NCBI GenBank assembly: GCA_051362555.1
Contig: CM120640.1
Span: 66,690,788-66,754,787, forward strand
Reading direction: 5' to 3'
Length of the DNA stretch: 64,000 bases
Origin: Lingula anatina
Taxonomy: Eukaryota > Animalia > Brachiopoda
Shown: positions 14,601 to 27,700 of the stretch, in pieces
Layout of the letters: every line of letters starts with the position of its first letter
Position numbering within the stretch: the first letter of the stretch is position 1
The notes under the pieces: generated by a model
Database searches by the model: none
Told to the model about the DNA's origin: nothing
Seen by the model: the letters and a program-made list of their open reading frames with translations, nothing else
Translations under genes and position numbers: made by a program

Positions 14601-17600
14601 TAGTCCTGGAGATCACACTGAATACCACTGCCAGCAGTGTAGTATGTAAGAAAGTGAACATCTCAGCTGCCGCTTCTTCAGGTTAGTATTCTGACTCATA
14701 CCCTGGGTGATATACACGTAGTAAGACAGTGCAGGAATATCAATCGATTTATAATGAAATAAATTAGTTCAGGTAATTTTTAAGTATTAAACTATAATTT
14801 CCTGTTTGGGAGAATTTCTCTTTTTTTATTTTGACAGGGAAGTTTAGAAACTGTTGTATAGAAGCCAGGAAATTTTAGTAGAGGTCATATGAGGGGTTGA
14901 GTTTTTTACCTTGAAAGCTGGGTCATATCCATGCCTCCATATGATATCTTTATCTGTTAGGCCACACTTTTTTAATTTTATGGATGACATCCTGCGCGCG
15001 CATGGATTTTCGCCCGTTCTCCAAAAAAAAAAAAAAAAAAAAAAGCCCCCCCCCCAGCCCCCAACGAAGTCGGTTGTCGCAAACGTTGTTATTGAATTTG
15101 CAAGGAAATAAGGTTTTCTGCGCATGCGTATTTTCGCCACGTGGAAATGCGGCCACTTTGCTGTCAAATTCATCTCTAGGATTACTTTCAAATTACACAA
15201 CAATAAAAGTCATAAAGAGAACAGGTGCCATCGTTTTGGATTGGTATGCCATTGATATTGGGCATGGAGATATCACCTTTTTAAAATTGTGCGAAAGGCT
15301 GGCGGCGGCCGAACCATTTCTGTGACATTCTGTTTAAAGCAGCACATTAATACCAGGTTTTCTGTAGCGAAAAAAGGGTCGACAAGGGGCGTCGAGGTAT
15401 TTGGTGGGCTGAAGGTCGGACAGGCCACCTGACAGTTTAGCTGCTTCGTGTGAGTTGAAGTTGACAAAATGGCATCGTCTGAAATGACCTTTAATAGATT
15501 TGGTAGTATTAAGCATATCTTTGCATCATTTTTTAAACATTTCTGTGAAGTGTTCAAAATGTTTTAATATTCTGAGAATACAAATAAAGACACACTGTTT
15601 GATTGATATTTGTTTTATTGATTGCTATACCAAATGAATGCATGAAATAACCTTAAATAGATTTGGTAATATGAAGTATATCAATTCATGACTTTTTTTT
15701 TACATTTCTACGAGGTATTCACAATGCTTTAATATTTTGAGAGCATGGATAAAGACATATTGTTAGTTTGATACGTGTTTCTGTGGTTAAATTTGTGTTT
15801 CCAGCTGTGTACTGACAGCATTCCTTTACTTAAGCAGTTTTTTTTTTTTTTTTGGACTGTTTTTTTTTTTTTTGCCCTCTCGCACCGATTTTGGGGTACC
15901 CAGAGGATGTCATCCATAAAAATAAAAAAGTGTGGCCTTAGTATTACTTTTTTGCATTTTCATTCCATCTACTTATCAAGGTATTTTTATTCCAGGAGGA
16001 GGGAATACAGTAGTGGAGCAGGGGATATTAGTTGGTACACAGTGCACTAACCTTGTAACAGTTGCCACTGAAGCAGTCCACTTAGAACTTCAGGTTGATT
16101 TTTAGTTTGCAAAATTAATTTTCTTTAATAAAATAAAATGTAATTTTCTTTATTTCCTTTTAAACTGCTTCAGCTTCGTATGTAAATTTTAGTATTGACC
16201 TAGGGAAAAACTCTGAAAAAGGCATGTGATTTTATAAAGGATAAGATACTGGTATATATAATATGGTGTCCCAATAAGACAATAGTCACGACAATATTTC
16301 AGGTTGGTGAGCTCTACCACTTCGACCTATTCCATGTAGAGCGGAGACTATGTACAAGTCAGTTGTTTATTGAGACCACATCAGCTGTGATAGTGGACGA
16401 TGTCCCCCCAGTGGACTATACTGTGACCATTGCTGAAGACTTCCATGTGGATGGCATACTGACTGCTATGGCACTAACTGATGATTTCTCTTCTGGGCCA
16501 AATTATGAAATTTCTCTGCTTAGTGGTATGTTTTTATTTAGGGCATATAATTATATCATTATATTATGCAAAATTAAATTTTAAATCATATTTGTAGCAT
16601 GCACTTAATATATGACACAATGATTACCATATACCTAGTGGAATGTCACTCTTGTGAATTCTACACTGAACAACTCTGTTATAAAATGGTCTTAGCTTAA
16701 TGAAAGGTAAAATAAGTTTTAATAACTTTAAGATTTTGTCTCTTTTTAAGGTAATGAGGCCAGACATTTCACAATCAAGGAGGATACTTCGGCCAATCAG
16801 GCTGCTGCAGTAGCCCCAACAGAAGCTTCCCCCACATACACCAACATATCTGGGGTGCCAGTGGAATTCCTGGGTAATACTGCCATGCTACTCATTTATA
16901 GAAACCTGTGAATATGCATAACATTTTTATTGTGAAGTTCAGTATAAATTATGCTCTTGAATAGGGGTTCATATTATGTTTTAACTGATGTTGTACTTAA
17001 CCAGTAGATGAAAGGTAGTGAGTGAAATGGAGTTCATTACATAATATTTTTGCAAAGCATTTAAAAAAAAAATCTAACAGCTAGCCATGTCATGTTTCTG
17101 ATATTTTTGTTTCTTTTGACTGCCAGTATGTCCCACTGCTGCCACCTTTGAACCTGAACCTGTGTTTACAGACCAAGAGAGCTACACTCTGTCCACCACA
17201 TCTGCTCTGCTCACTCTCAATACAACCCTGGACTATGAGGTCCAGACCAGTTATTATGTTACCATGACTGTGGTAGACACTGGGAACTCGCTGACTGGGA
17301 CCATAGCTGTTAGGGCGAGTAGGAAGTGTATAATATAGATATGTCTGTGAGGTGGCATTTGTTTAAAGTATATGTGATATCCAGTAGCATAAAAATTGTA
17401 AAATGGCACACTTTGTTTTTACAAAATTGTGGAAAATGTTGATCTGAACTGTCAAATTCAGATAGACAATTATCAGATTCCCAGGAACTTGAAGGTACAA
17501 AATTTGTTAAATTCTTTTTTTTTTCTAAGGTAAAATACATTGAGTGAAATCCAAAATCTTAATTTAAAAAAAATGAAATTGATGTGGGTCATAGCTTTAC

Positions 17601-18682
17601 ATTTAGTGAGTTGATAAATTTATTTATTTATTTACCATCTTTAGGTGTGGATAACTGATGTAAATGACAACTGTCCAATCCTGGTAGAGGATACCTTCAG
17701 TTTTGAGCCTATTCCAGCTCTGAAGCAAGACCCAATTATCAACCTGAATGTTTCGGATGCTGATAGTGGAATTAACTCTGAGCTGTCATATTATGTGTCA
17801 GATGTCACGGCAGAGTAGGTGGTTTCAGACTGATGATATCACTTCATATACATGTAGTTTGCTCCATTATAATATTCACAGCCAGTACTAATGCATAATT
17901 TATTAAGCTTTATTTTTTGTCTTTTAAAATATTCAGAATCAAAGCAACCATGCAAGCACTTAATTGTTGGGTGCATATTCTAAGAAAGTGTTCTGATTTT
18001 TTTTGCATTTAACAGTCCACCACTCAATTATTCAAACCGCATGGATTTGCACAGAGAGGTTTATGTCCTCAACACCACACTGACCTTCAATATAGCAGTT
18101 ATAGATGGCGGCACACCACCAAGAGGAACCACAGCCAATGTATCTTTGACTTTAAGCAACACTTGCCTAGTGTCAGCAACATTTGAACCAATTGATTACT
18201 ACATCAACATCAATGCCACCACAAAAGAAGTTTATCTTAGTATACCTAAGTATTGGGTCTATGCATTTGGTAAGTGAGTTTTTTTTATCTTCTAGGGTTA
18301 CATTTGCTGTTTTTTAAGTTCATTTAGTTAATGTTTAATCATTATTGTTTCAACAGTTGTATAGTATGTTTTTAATTTAATTTTCCTGGAAATATATAAC
18401 AATCAAGCCATTCCCTATTGCTGTATTCCAGAGTGCATGGATCTGCTGGGGATGGCCAGTGGCATCATACAAGACAGAGTTCTCTCAGCCTCAAGTCATG
18501 ACTATGTGAGCCCGCCAGGAAGAGGAAGGTTGAACTTGACACGTAAGGACAATATTGAAATATTTAATGCTGTGTTTTTTCTTTCAATTTCTTTGAATTA
18601 AGAACATGTACCTATATGTAACCATTTACCATGTACATGGGTATACTATGTAATATTACTGACAAAATATTCAGTCCTCAGT

Positions 18683-18776
<94 letters not shown>

Positions 18777-21700
18777 CTCTTTATGTTACAGTTGGTACTG
18801 GTGGTATAACAGGAGGCTGGGTAGCTGAGGTAGCTGACACTGACCAGTACATAGAGATAAACATGGAGGAAGGGTATAAAGTCCAGCAAATCATGATACA
18901 AGGACAGCAGGATCAGGACAACTGGGTGACATCATTTCGTGTCAACTACAGTGACAGCGATACTGGACCATGGATAACATATCAGGATCAGAATGGCACA
19001 TCAGTCAGTATACAGTGTATTGTATATAAAGTTATAAGTTATTCATTAATATCATAAAAAATATTTGTCATTCAGAGAATTTGTTTGAGGAAACTTGTAT
19101 ACATCATGATGCAGTATACCTATATATGGGAGTTAAGCGTGCTGTAGATGTACTTAAAATGTTGTATATTTTATACTGTATGGTATGCTGCTTTTATATT
19201 TCAGATCTTTGATGCAAATAGTGACAGAAACACTATTGTGACTGTGACCCTTACTCCACCTATTTTTGCTCAGTACCTGCGTTTGAACCCAGTCACATGG
19301 CACAACAGAATAGCACTGAGGATGGAGATGGTTGGCTGCTCACAGGCAGAGCAGAAGTACTGTAAGTCACAGCATTAGGCGTACTTGTACATTTGATATA
19401 TGTTGGCAGTATTTTATAATATTTATTGATAGTTTATTAAGACTGATGGAATAGTAAATTTTATTGTTATAAATGTATATTACAAAATTAACACATAAAT
19501 AATAAACAAATATCTATAAACTTGTCTGTAAATTGGGTTCTGAAAAGTTGATTGTATTAATTAGGGTCCAAATTGAGGAATTTTGTATGATTCAGTTTTG
19601 CTATTTATAACATATTATATAGACTATGTAGAAGATTATAACATGAAAATGCAAAGACAAAACTTTAAGACCATGTCACTTCAATCCTGTATATAGCAGG
19701 TTGCCTATAATTACGATTTTTGTGTACATCTTATTACAGTCTTATGCATTAGCATTACCTCCCTATTTATTAACTCACATTAATACTTATATATCTTATA
19801 TACATGTGAAAAATAAATCAATTTTCTGTCCAGATGATGTGTCCTGTGTCCGTTGCCTGACCTCCTACTACTGTGAGGGAGATGGTGTGATGCATTCCTG
19901 TGCCAGATGTGATAATGCCACTGACACCAATGATACGTGTGGGCGATCCCCCACAGAACATTCCTTTGGCCTCCAGGCACAGTGCTCTCCATGTCCTGCT
20001 GGATGGGTGAGTGTTACCATAACTGGCTTGTCCTGGTCTTGTTGGATGAATGAGTATTACTGTAACCCACTCCTGGTCAATGTTTTATGGTATATATTGA
20101 CCTGCATGTTGACCTCATATATCATGGCATATTGGTAAAATATTTTCATGATATACTTTGATAAAACAAAAGAGGATTATTTCTATACATTGAATTCCAT
20201 ATTTCAGAATATGCCATGATGTTAAATGTTTAAATATTTTTTTCTTTGCATGGACAAAGTATGCCATGATGTTAAATGTTTAAATATTTTTCTTTGCATG
20301 GACAAAGTGTAATTATTTGAATATTAAAATTAATTTTAATAGCATATGTTCCATACATTGTAGCATTCAACCTGTTAAACTATTTCTGATTCCAGATTTG
20401 TAGTCAAGGCTATGCCGCACCATGTGTTGATTTCACCTATGTAGACTACTGCAATGACACCTATTGTCCAGATAGCTGTGCACAGTGTGAACTTGGTTAT
20501 GCCTGCCGTGGAGGACAGAGATACCAATGTGAACCTGGTTCTTACTCTGATGGAAATCTAAGTAAGTTAAATTGACTGAGCAGCTTATAATTACCAATCA
20601 GGTGTACACCTAAAACTGAATAGAGATATTTTGGATTGATAAAGATGGTAATGGTGTGTAATGAATTTATATACTTTCTTCTACAGAGTTCTGTGAGATG
20701 TGTGCTCCTGGGACTTTCCAAAATGAGTCAGGTCAAGATGGCTGCCTCCCCTGTGACCCTGGAAAATACAGCAGCAAGTCTAAAGACAGATGTGACTGGT
20801 GTCCTACAGGAATGTATGCAGTGGGTAAGTCTATAGACAGTTGTGACTGGTGTCCTACAGGAATGTATGCAGTGGGTAAGTCTACAGACAGTTGTGACTG
20901 GTGTCCTACAGGAATGTATGCAGTGGGTAAGTCTATAGACAGATGTGACTGGTGTCCTACAGGAATGTATGCAGTGGGTAAGTCTATAGACAGTTGTGAC
21001 TGGTGTCCTACAGGAATGTATGCAGTGGGTTAGTCTATAGACAGATGTGACTGGTGTCCTACAGGAATGTATGCAGTGGGTAAGTCTATAGACAGTTGTG
21101 ACTGGTGTCCTACAGGAATGTATGCAGTGGGTTAGTCTATAGACAGATGTGACTGGTGTCCTACAGGAATGTATGCAGTGGGTAAGTTTACAGACAGTTG
21201 TGACTGGTGTCCTACAGGAATGTATGCCGTGGGTAAGTCTATAGACAGATGTGACTGGTGTCCTACAGGAATGTATGCTGTGGGTAAGTCTATATTATAA
21301 AGACAAGTTGACTAATGAATGTGCCACATAAATAAAAATGTCATTTGCTTTCTCATTTTTATCAGTGGTAGTAACTGCTTTAAGATTTTTCTTCAGTGTA
21401 TTAATGAACATTCGTCTGAACTGCTGGAACACCTGTTATTTAAGAAATGAATGTAGAGATGCATGGGAACAAAAATACTTACTCAGTAATGTTGCAGCAA
21501 AAAATGGTTTGGGTACCATTCCAACATATTGCGTTTAATTCATTATTATCAATATATATAAATTGAAACTGTTATTCATTTTCTTTCAGTTTTGTTAAAA
21601 CTTAATGAATGAAAATATTGTTTTCTCTCTGTAGATGGCAATAACTGTGAAGGTTGTCTCCCAGGCCAGTGCAGATGCCTACAGAGCCCTTCTCCATGCT

Positions 21701-24700
21701 CTGAGGGAGCTGCTTGTCATGATACTTCCCCTGGCAGCTACGTGTGTGATTCCTGCCAGCCTGGGTATGAAGGTGATGGTGCCAACTGTACTGATATTGA
21801 TGAGGTAGGGATGATGATTGGGAACTAGATACAGAAAGGACTCTTAACATGTCGATTTTTAACATTAACGCGTGCAGGCATGCGCACACGCATACACAGA
21901 GAGGGGGGGGGGGGAAAGAAATTTGAACTTAAAAATTTAGACACCATTTTATTAAGACTGAATTCTAAGGAAAATTACTAAAGTCTCTGTTTAATAAGCA
22001 TCAATCATGCCAGAAATTTTAACAAGGTTGATTCTTTTCAGTGTGCTGTATACCAGCCATGTTTTCAAGGCAGATGTATCAATACATCCCCAGGGTATCA
22101 GTGCTTGGCCTGCCCCACTGGGTACACAGGCACCTATGAGGATGCTCTGGCTATGAATATTACAAGGTGAGATGAAGCAGTTCACCTTTAGTTTCAATCT
22201 ATTTAACTTTTTATCAGTAAAAAGAACACTGTAGTGAAAACTATATATGCTGTGCAGTTCAAAAATTTACGGAATATTGCAAAAAAAAAAAAAAAGAAAA
22301 AGATATGTGTTCTAATGTCTATGAAGGTATATAAATGTTACTTAATTGGGTTGAACTGTCATTTCATTTCCAGGCGGGTATTTGTACTGTTTAACAAAGA
22401 GTATGATTACCTGCAAGTCCAGCGGTGTGAGGATGTGGACGAGTGTGCCACAGACAATGGAGGATGTGATGTACGTTCTGACTGCAGCAACACCATTGTA
22501 AGTACACTGTGTAGCACATATGTGCTCTACACGACCTTCACCAATATGATAAAAAAGCATTTGAAATTTTTGGAAAAATAGATTAAAAGTATACAAACTA
22601 TGTATCAGTATGCCATTTTAATTGCACAGAAAATGAAAGCTGTAATAATTTTTACATAAATATACTGTGAAAAATATATATAAATAATATATAAATAAAT
22701 GCTACAATAAATTACCTTGATGTGTTCATATTCATCATAACCTTAGATTATTTTAGATAAAGATGAAGAATGCTTCGATTTTCTCTTACATATTAGGGTA
22801 GCTACAACTGTGGGTTCTGTAAGACTGGCTGGATAGGTGAGGGTCGTAGAGTCTGTATACCAGACAACCCCTGTACCACAGGCACTCATAACTGTAACCA
22901 ACATGCCACCTGCAGCTATGCTGGACCAGGACTCTTTAAATGTGAGGTAGGGTGATACAGCACATAGTAGGAAACAAGATCAATAAGACAACATGATATA
23001 TTTGATGAAGTAGATTCCAGTCTTGAAGATGTAGGTTAATTGTCTTTGTTATTTGTTTAGATAAAGTTGTTTTAAATCAGCATTTGTTATTGTTTGATCT
23101 AGTATTTGCTTATTAAGGAATTGCTTAAAGGGAAAATAACTCTTCGTATGAGATCTATATTTCACAATAAAAACATTGTAAATAACTCATAGAAATATAA
23201 TATATTCTGTTTTACCACAAAAACTGCAGTTATAGCTCGAAATTCTGATATTTGAGCTTGTCTTTAAACCACGTGACCTCCATTGATGGCTATACTCTAT
23301 TAAAATCTCTTAAGAGATTTTAACAAAATACCAAACTTTTTAGAAAAAAAAACAGGGACTAACTTTGAATGTAAAAATGGATTTATTAACCATTGGTAAG
23401 TATGGGAAAATTGTTGTTTACTCCAGGAAAATTCATTTTTTGGCCGAAAAGAAGAGTTATTATCCCTTTAAGATGAAAACATCCAAAAGTATAGATCATG
23501 CACTGATAAATATGAGTGTGTTTTGTGTGTTTATGTGATCCCTTGTTTTCTCCCAGTGCAACCCTGGCTATGCTGGAGATGGTGTGTTCTGTGATGAGGA
23601 CTATGACTTGGATGGTCGCCCAATCAGAAATATTGTGTGCAGCATTAGACAGTGTATTAAGGTAGGTACATTGGACATGGAATAAATAATATCAGAGAAA
23701 AAAAACAAACAAACCAATTCTTTAGAGGTGTAATGAAAATAAATAATAGTAAAAACCAAGTGTGGATAATGTCATTGCAGTTGGAATGGAAAAGAAACAA
23801 AGAATGACAAAGAGGAAAAACACTGGACAGCTACCCATAACTATGGGTTCATAATAAAGTGAGGCATGCCGAGACATCAAGACCGAGAGATGTGGAGGAC
23901 GTAGATCTTCAGTACTGTGGAGCAGGGCCCATGATAAGATGACTGTACATGAAAGCTAAATGCAACAGATGGTTACTGTGAGTGGTGAGAGCTTGCTTAT
24001 GAGTCTGTAAACACATATTTTATGCTTTGGCTGTTGTAATTTCTCTTCCTTATTGTTCATTACCAACATTTATTTCTCTAGGACAACTGTGCTGCCTACC
24101 CCAACAGTGGTTTGGAGGATAATGATGGCGACAGCATGGGGGACATGTGTGATCCAGATGATGACAATGATGCACTTTATGACTACAGAGTAAGTATGAA
24201 TAGTTGTCCATTTCATCCAGTACTATCAAGTGAAAACAGTCATCGGAAGCTACCTTTGAGGTCATTCAGACTATTTATATTGCCACATCTTTCATGTATC
24301 TATAGAATATGCAATCATCTGACCTACTGGTGTTACAGGATTGTAGACAAGGGGTTCACATGGTTATAAAGAACCACTTTCTTGGTTTGTATAGGTCCAC
24401 TCTGAATCAAATTTTGATCCTGATTAATGCAATTTCTCAGACTGGGTCAACTAAGAATGTAAAAGGCTTACTTCTTCAGAGCAAAACCCCCCTATTTGAA
24501 ATTGCTGGTTACAGGTGTGTTATTGACTGACTGTAATTGCAGGATAACTGCCAGTTTGTGGCCAACTATGATCAGACAGACACAGATGGAGATGGTGTGG
24601 GTGATGCCTGTGACAACTGCCCAGCAGACAGTAACACTGACCAGTTGGATACAGACTCTGATGGCCAGGGAGATGCCTGTGATACAGATGATGATAATGA

Positions 24701-27700
24701 TGGTCAGTGGGTGGAATCATTTTTAAAGGGACATATAAGAATGTAGAAAAATATAAGCTTAAAATGTTTTGTATAGACTTGTTTCATAGACTTATCAACT
24801 TGTGGTGAAAATAAATAGAACTTTAAAAATCAATTGTTTCAATAATTAATTTTTTTCAAGATCTCTAGTATTATATATTTGGTTTGGGTCAGTAACATGA
24901 AGGCCTTGTTCCAGGTGTGAATGACTCTGCACCAGATAACTGTCAGTTTGTAGCCAATGGAGACCAGAGTGACGCAGACTCCGACGGCATTGGCGACCTG
25001 TGCGACAACTGTGTGAATGTCGCCAACGACAACCAGACGGACACGGATCAGAATGGTGTAGGAGATGCCTGTGATGTGATTGGAGCTAGTGATAAAGACA
25101 GGTAAGAACCGTTGGCTTATGAATTGTGCAACCAACAAAGGTATTTGCACTTCATTATCTTAAAAAAAGAAAGGAAAGACACAAGTTAAAATTGATAGAA
25201 AACCTGGTTTGTTGAATGAAAACTTTTGTCTCATATTCAGGGATGGTGACAGCATATTGAACTTCCTGGATAATTGTCTATATGCTCCCAATCCAGAACA
25301 GACAGATATAGACGGGGATGGCCAGGGTAAGAGAATGACCCCTGTGTAACTTTTTGTTTAATATGTTGATCATACACATTATAAAAGAACAGGTTTGTCA
25401 AAAAAAAAAAAAAAAAAGACACATACAGTACACACAGGAATGTCCAGACAACACTTAAGTTATATGTACTATAGATAACTCTGAGCTTACTATTCTATGA
25501 AACTTAATAATCTATCCTGAACTTCTTGCAGGTGATATCTGTGATGATGATATAGATGGTGATGGTATATCTAACAACCAGGACAACTGTCCATATGTGG
25601 CCAATGCTGGGCAGGAGGACACCAATGGTAAGTATTAACAGCCTGTTTTCAAATATTTTGTTTGTTGCTTGCTGGAATTTATTAATGTGGTTATTTCATT
25701 TCACATCAAAATTGCAACTTGGTGAATAATATGAAAAACATGAAAATATATTATTATAAGTAATGAAAAATTAACTAATTAACCATTATAACATTTATAT
25801 TGAATAGTATGTTTGACATCGACTTGCCCTAGCAGCAGATATCAGTATGAAAGTGACTATATTGGGGATAGTCAGATAAAAGTTAAATGATTCTTTTCCA
25901 ACATTCCAGGTGATAGAGTAGGAGACATCTGCGAGACAGACACAGACAATGATGGAGTACTTGATATCTATGACAACTGTATAAAGAACCCTACAATAAG
26001 CAGTACATCATTTGCTTCCTACACCTCAGTCAACCTGTACCCCTCCCTGTCAGGTGCCACAGACCCCCAGTGGGAGCTCTGGGATAATGGTGCCATGATC
26101 CGACTAGTCCAGGACACCACAATGCCAGCACTGTTAGTAGGTAAGCTGTGGAGTTAACCCTGTTCCATGGATTGTGAGCTATGTACACAGACACATGGTG
26201 CATGTACAAGGAAGTGACAACAGTGATAAAACAGTTAATTTGTGCTGAAGTGGATAGTACATGAGAAGTCTTACAGGAGTACTGCCATTTAATATTTACA
26301 TTTGCTAATTTCTTTAAATACACTGGTATGTAATTTTCTATGTAATTTCTGAATTGTTACTTTTTCTTAGGTCCACAGGCCTTTGGTCCTGTAGATTATT
26401 CTGGCACATGGTATGTGGATTCTGACACAGGGGAGAACTATGTGGGCTTTGTGTTTGGCTACCAAAACAACCGTAAATTCTACGTGGTAATGTGGAGACA
26501 CGCAAACCTCAACTACATCTATAAAGGAGGAATCAAAGGCTTACAGCTTAAGGTGAGTGCTTGAAATAACAATTATACTTTTCTTTTATAAAATTAATAA
26601 TGTTATCATTTAAAAATGTAACTTTTGATAGGGAAGGACATGATGCTAGCTTAAATAGCGTATTACATATATCATTAAAAACAGTTATGTTCTGTTTTGT
26701 GCATTATGGTTACAAATTCCAGTTAATATCAGTACATATATTTTTTTAATGATGAGCAGAGCTATTGAATTTTCAATCAAATAAATCTTTCAGCCATGTC
26801 CGTATCAATTTTTTTCCAGCTCGTCAACTCCAACACAGGCCCTGGCTCTGGCCTAGCCAAGGCATTGTGGAACACACATGATACCACTGACAAGGTCACT
26901 CTGCTCTGGCAGGACCCTACCATGACTGGGTGGCAGCACAAAACGTCCTATAGGTGGCATCTCAAGCACAGACCCTCCATTGGACTGATCAGGTGTGTAC
27001 ATGTAGTCAGTCTCACTGTTTATCATGGCAACAATATAAATGGAAGAAATTCAATTGTTTCCTGGTTAAGAGGTGTATGTATGTTTTGCATTTCAATATA
27101 ACAGTAAATGAGACTGATGTTGATTACTGCACAGGGTCAATTTATTAAAACCTGCATTTTGGTTATTGCAGTGGTCCTTTACAATATAAGAAATTTCTGA
27201 TGCTCCTGTACATTTTATTTGAAATTTTTATTGGTTGTTAAAGATATGACAAACAAATTACTTTTTTATGGAATTCAACACTAACAGACCCTTTATTTGC
27301 GAAATACTTTTTCCACGTAGGGTCACAGTGGTTCAAGGTACCAGTACTATTGTAGACAGTGGTGACCTCTATGATACTACAATCAGTGGTGGTCGCCTTG
27401 GAGTGTTCATGTTTAACCAGCCAGGTATTCTGTGGTCCTACCTAGAGTACAAATGTGCAGACCGAGTCAATGAGGCACTGTATTTTGATGGCACTGATGA
27501 TTATGTGACCATGGCTAATATCACCACCTTAGAAATACATAACAGGTAAGGTTATTATTTCTAATGTTTACTCTCTCGTCTGTGAAAAATATAAAAGTAT
27601 GTTTCTTTTTCCAAGTGATCAGTATTTCTGGCATTAAACTTTTTAAGTCCCATTATTATAATCATGAGTTATAAGGGAGAATTAATCTTTTATAGTTGTT

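Noticed and set aside
14844-15557. Cluster of overlapping 60-119 aa ORFs
   Set aside because: They lie in a non-autonomous MITE, are driven by poly-A and poly-C tracts, and show no transposase motifs.
18631-18901. ORFs with YIYIYI runs on both strands
   Set aside because: These are translations of a (TA)n microsatellite.
20794-21293. Regular short repeats resembling a CRISPR array
   Set aside because: The units are head-to-tail with no unique spacers, in a eukaryotic gene with no cas genes. It is a minisatellite.
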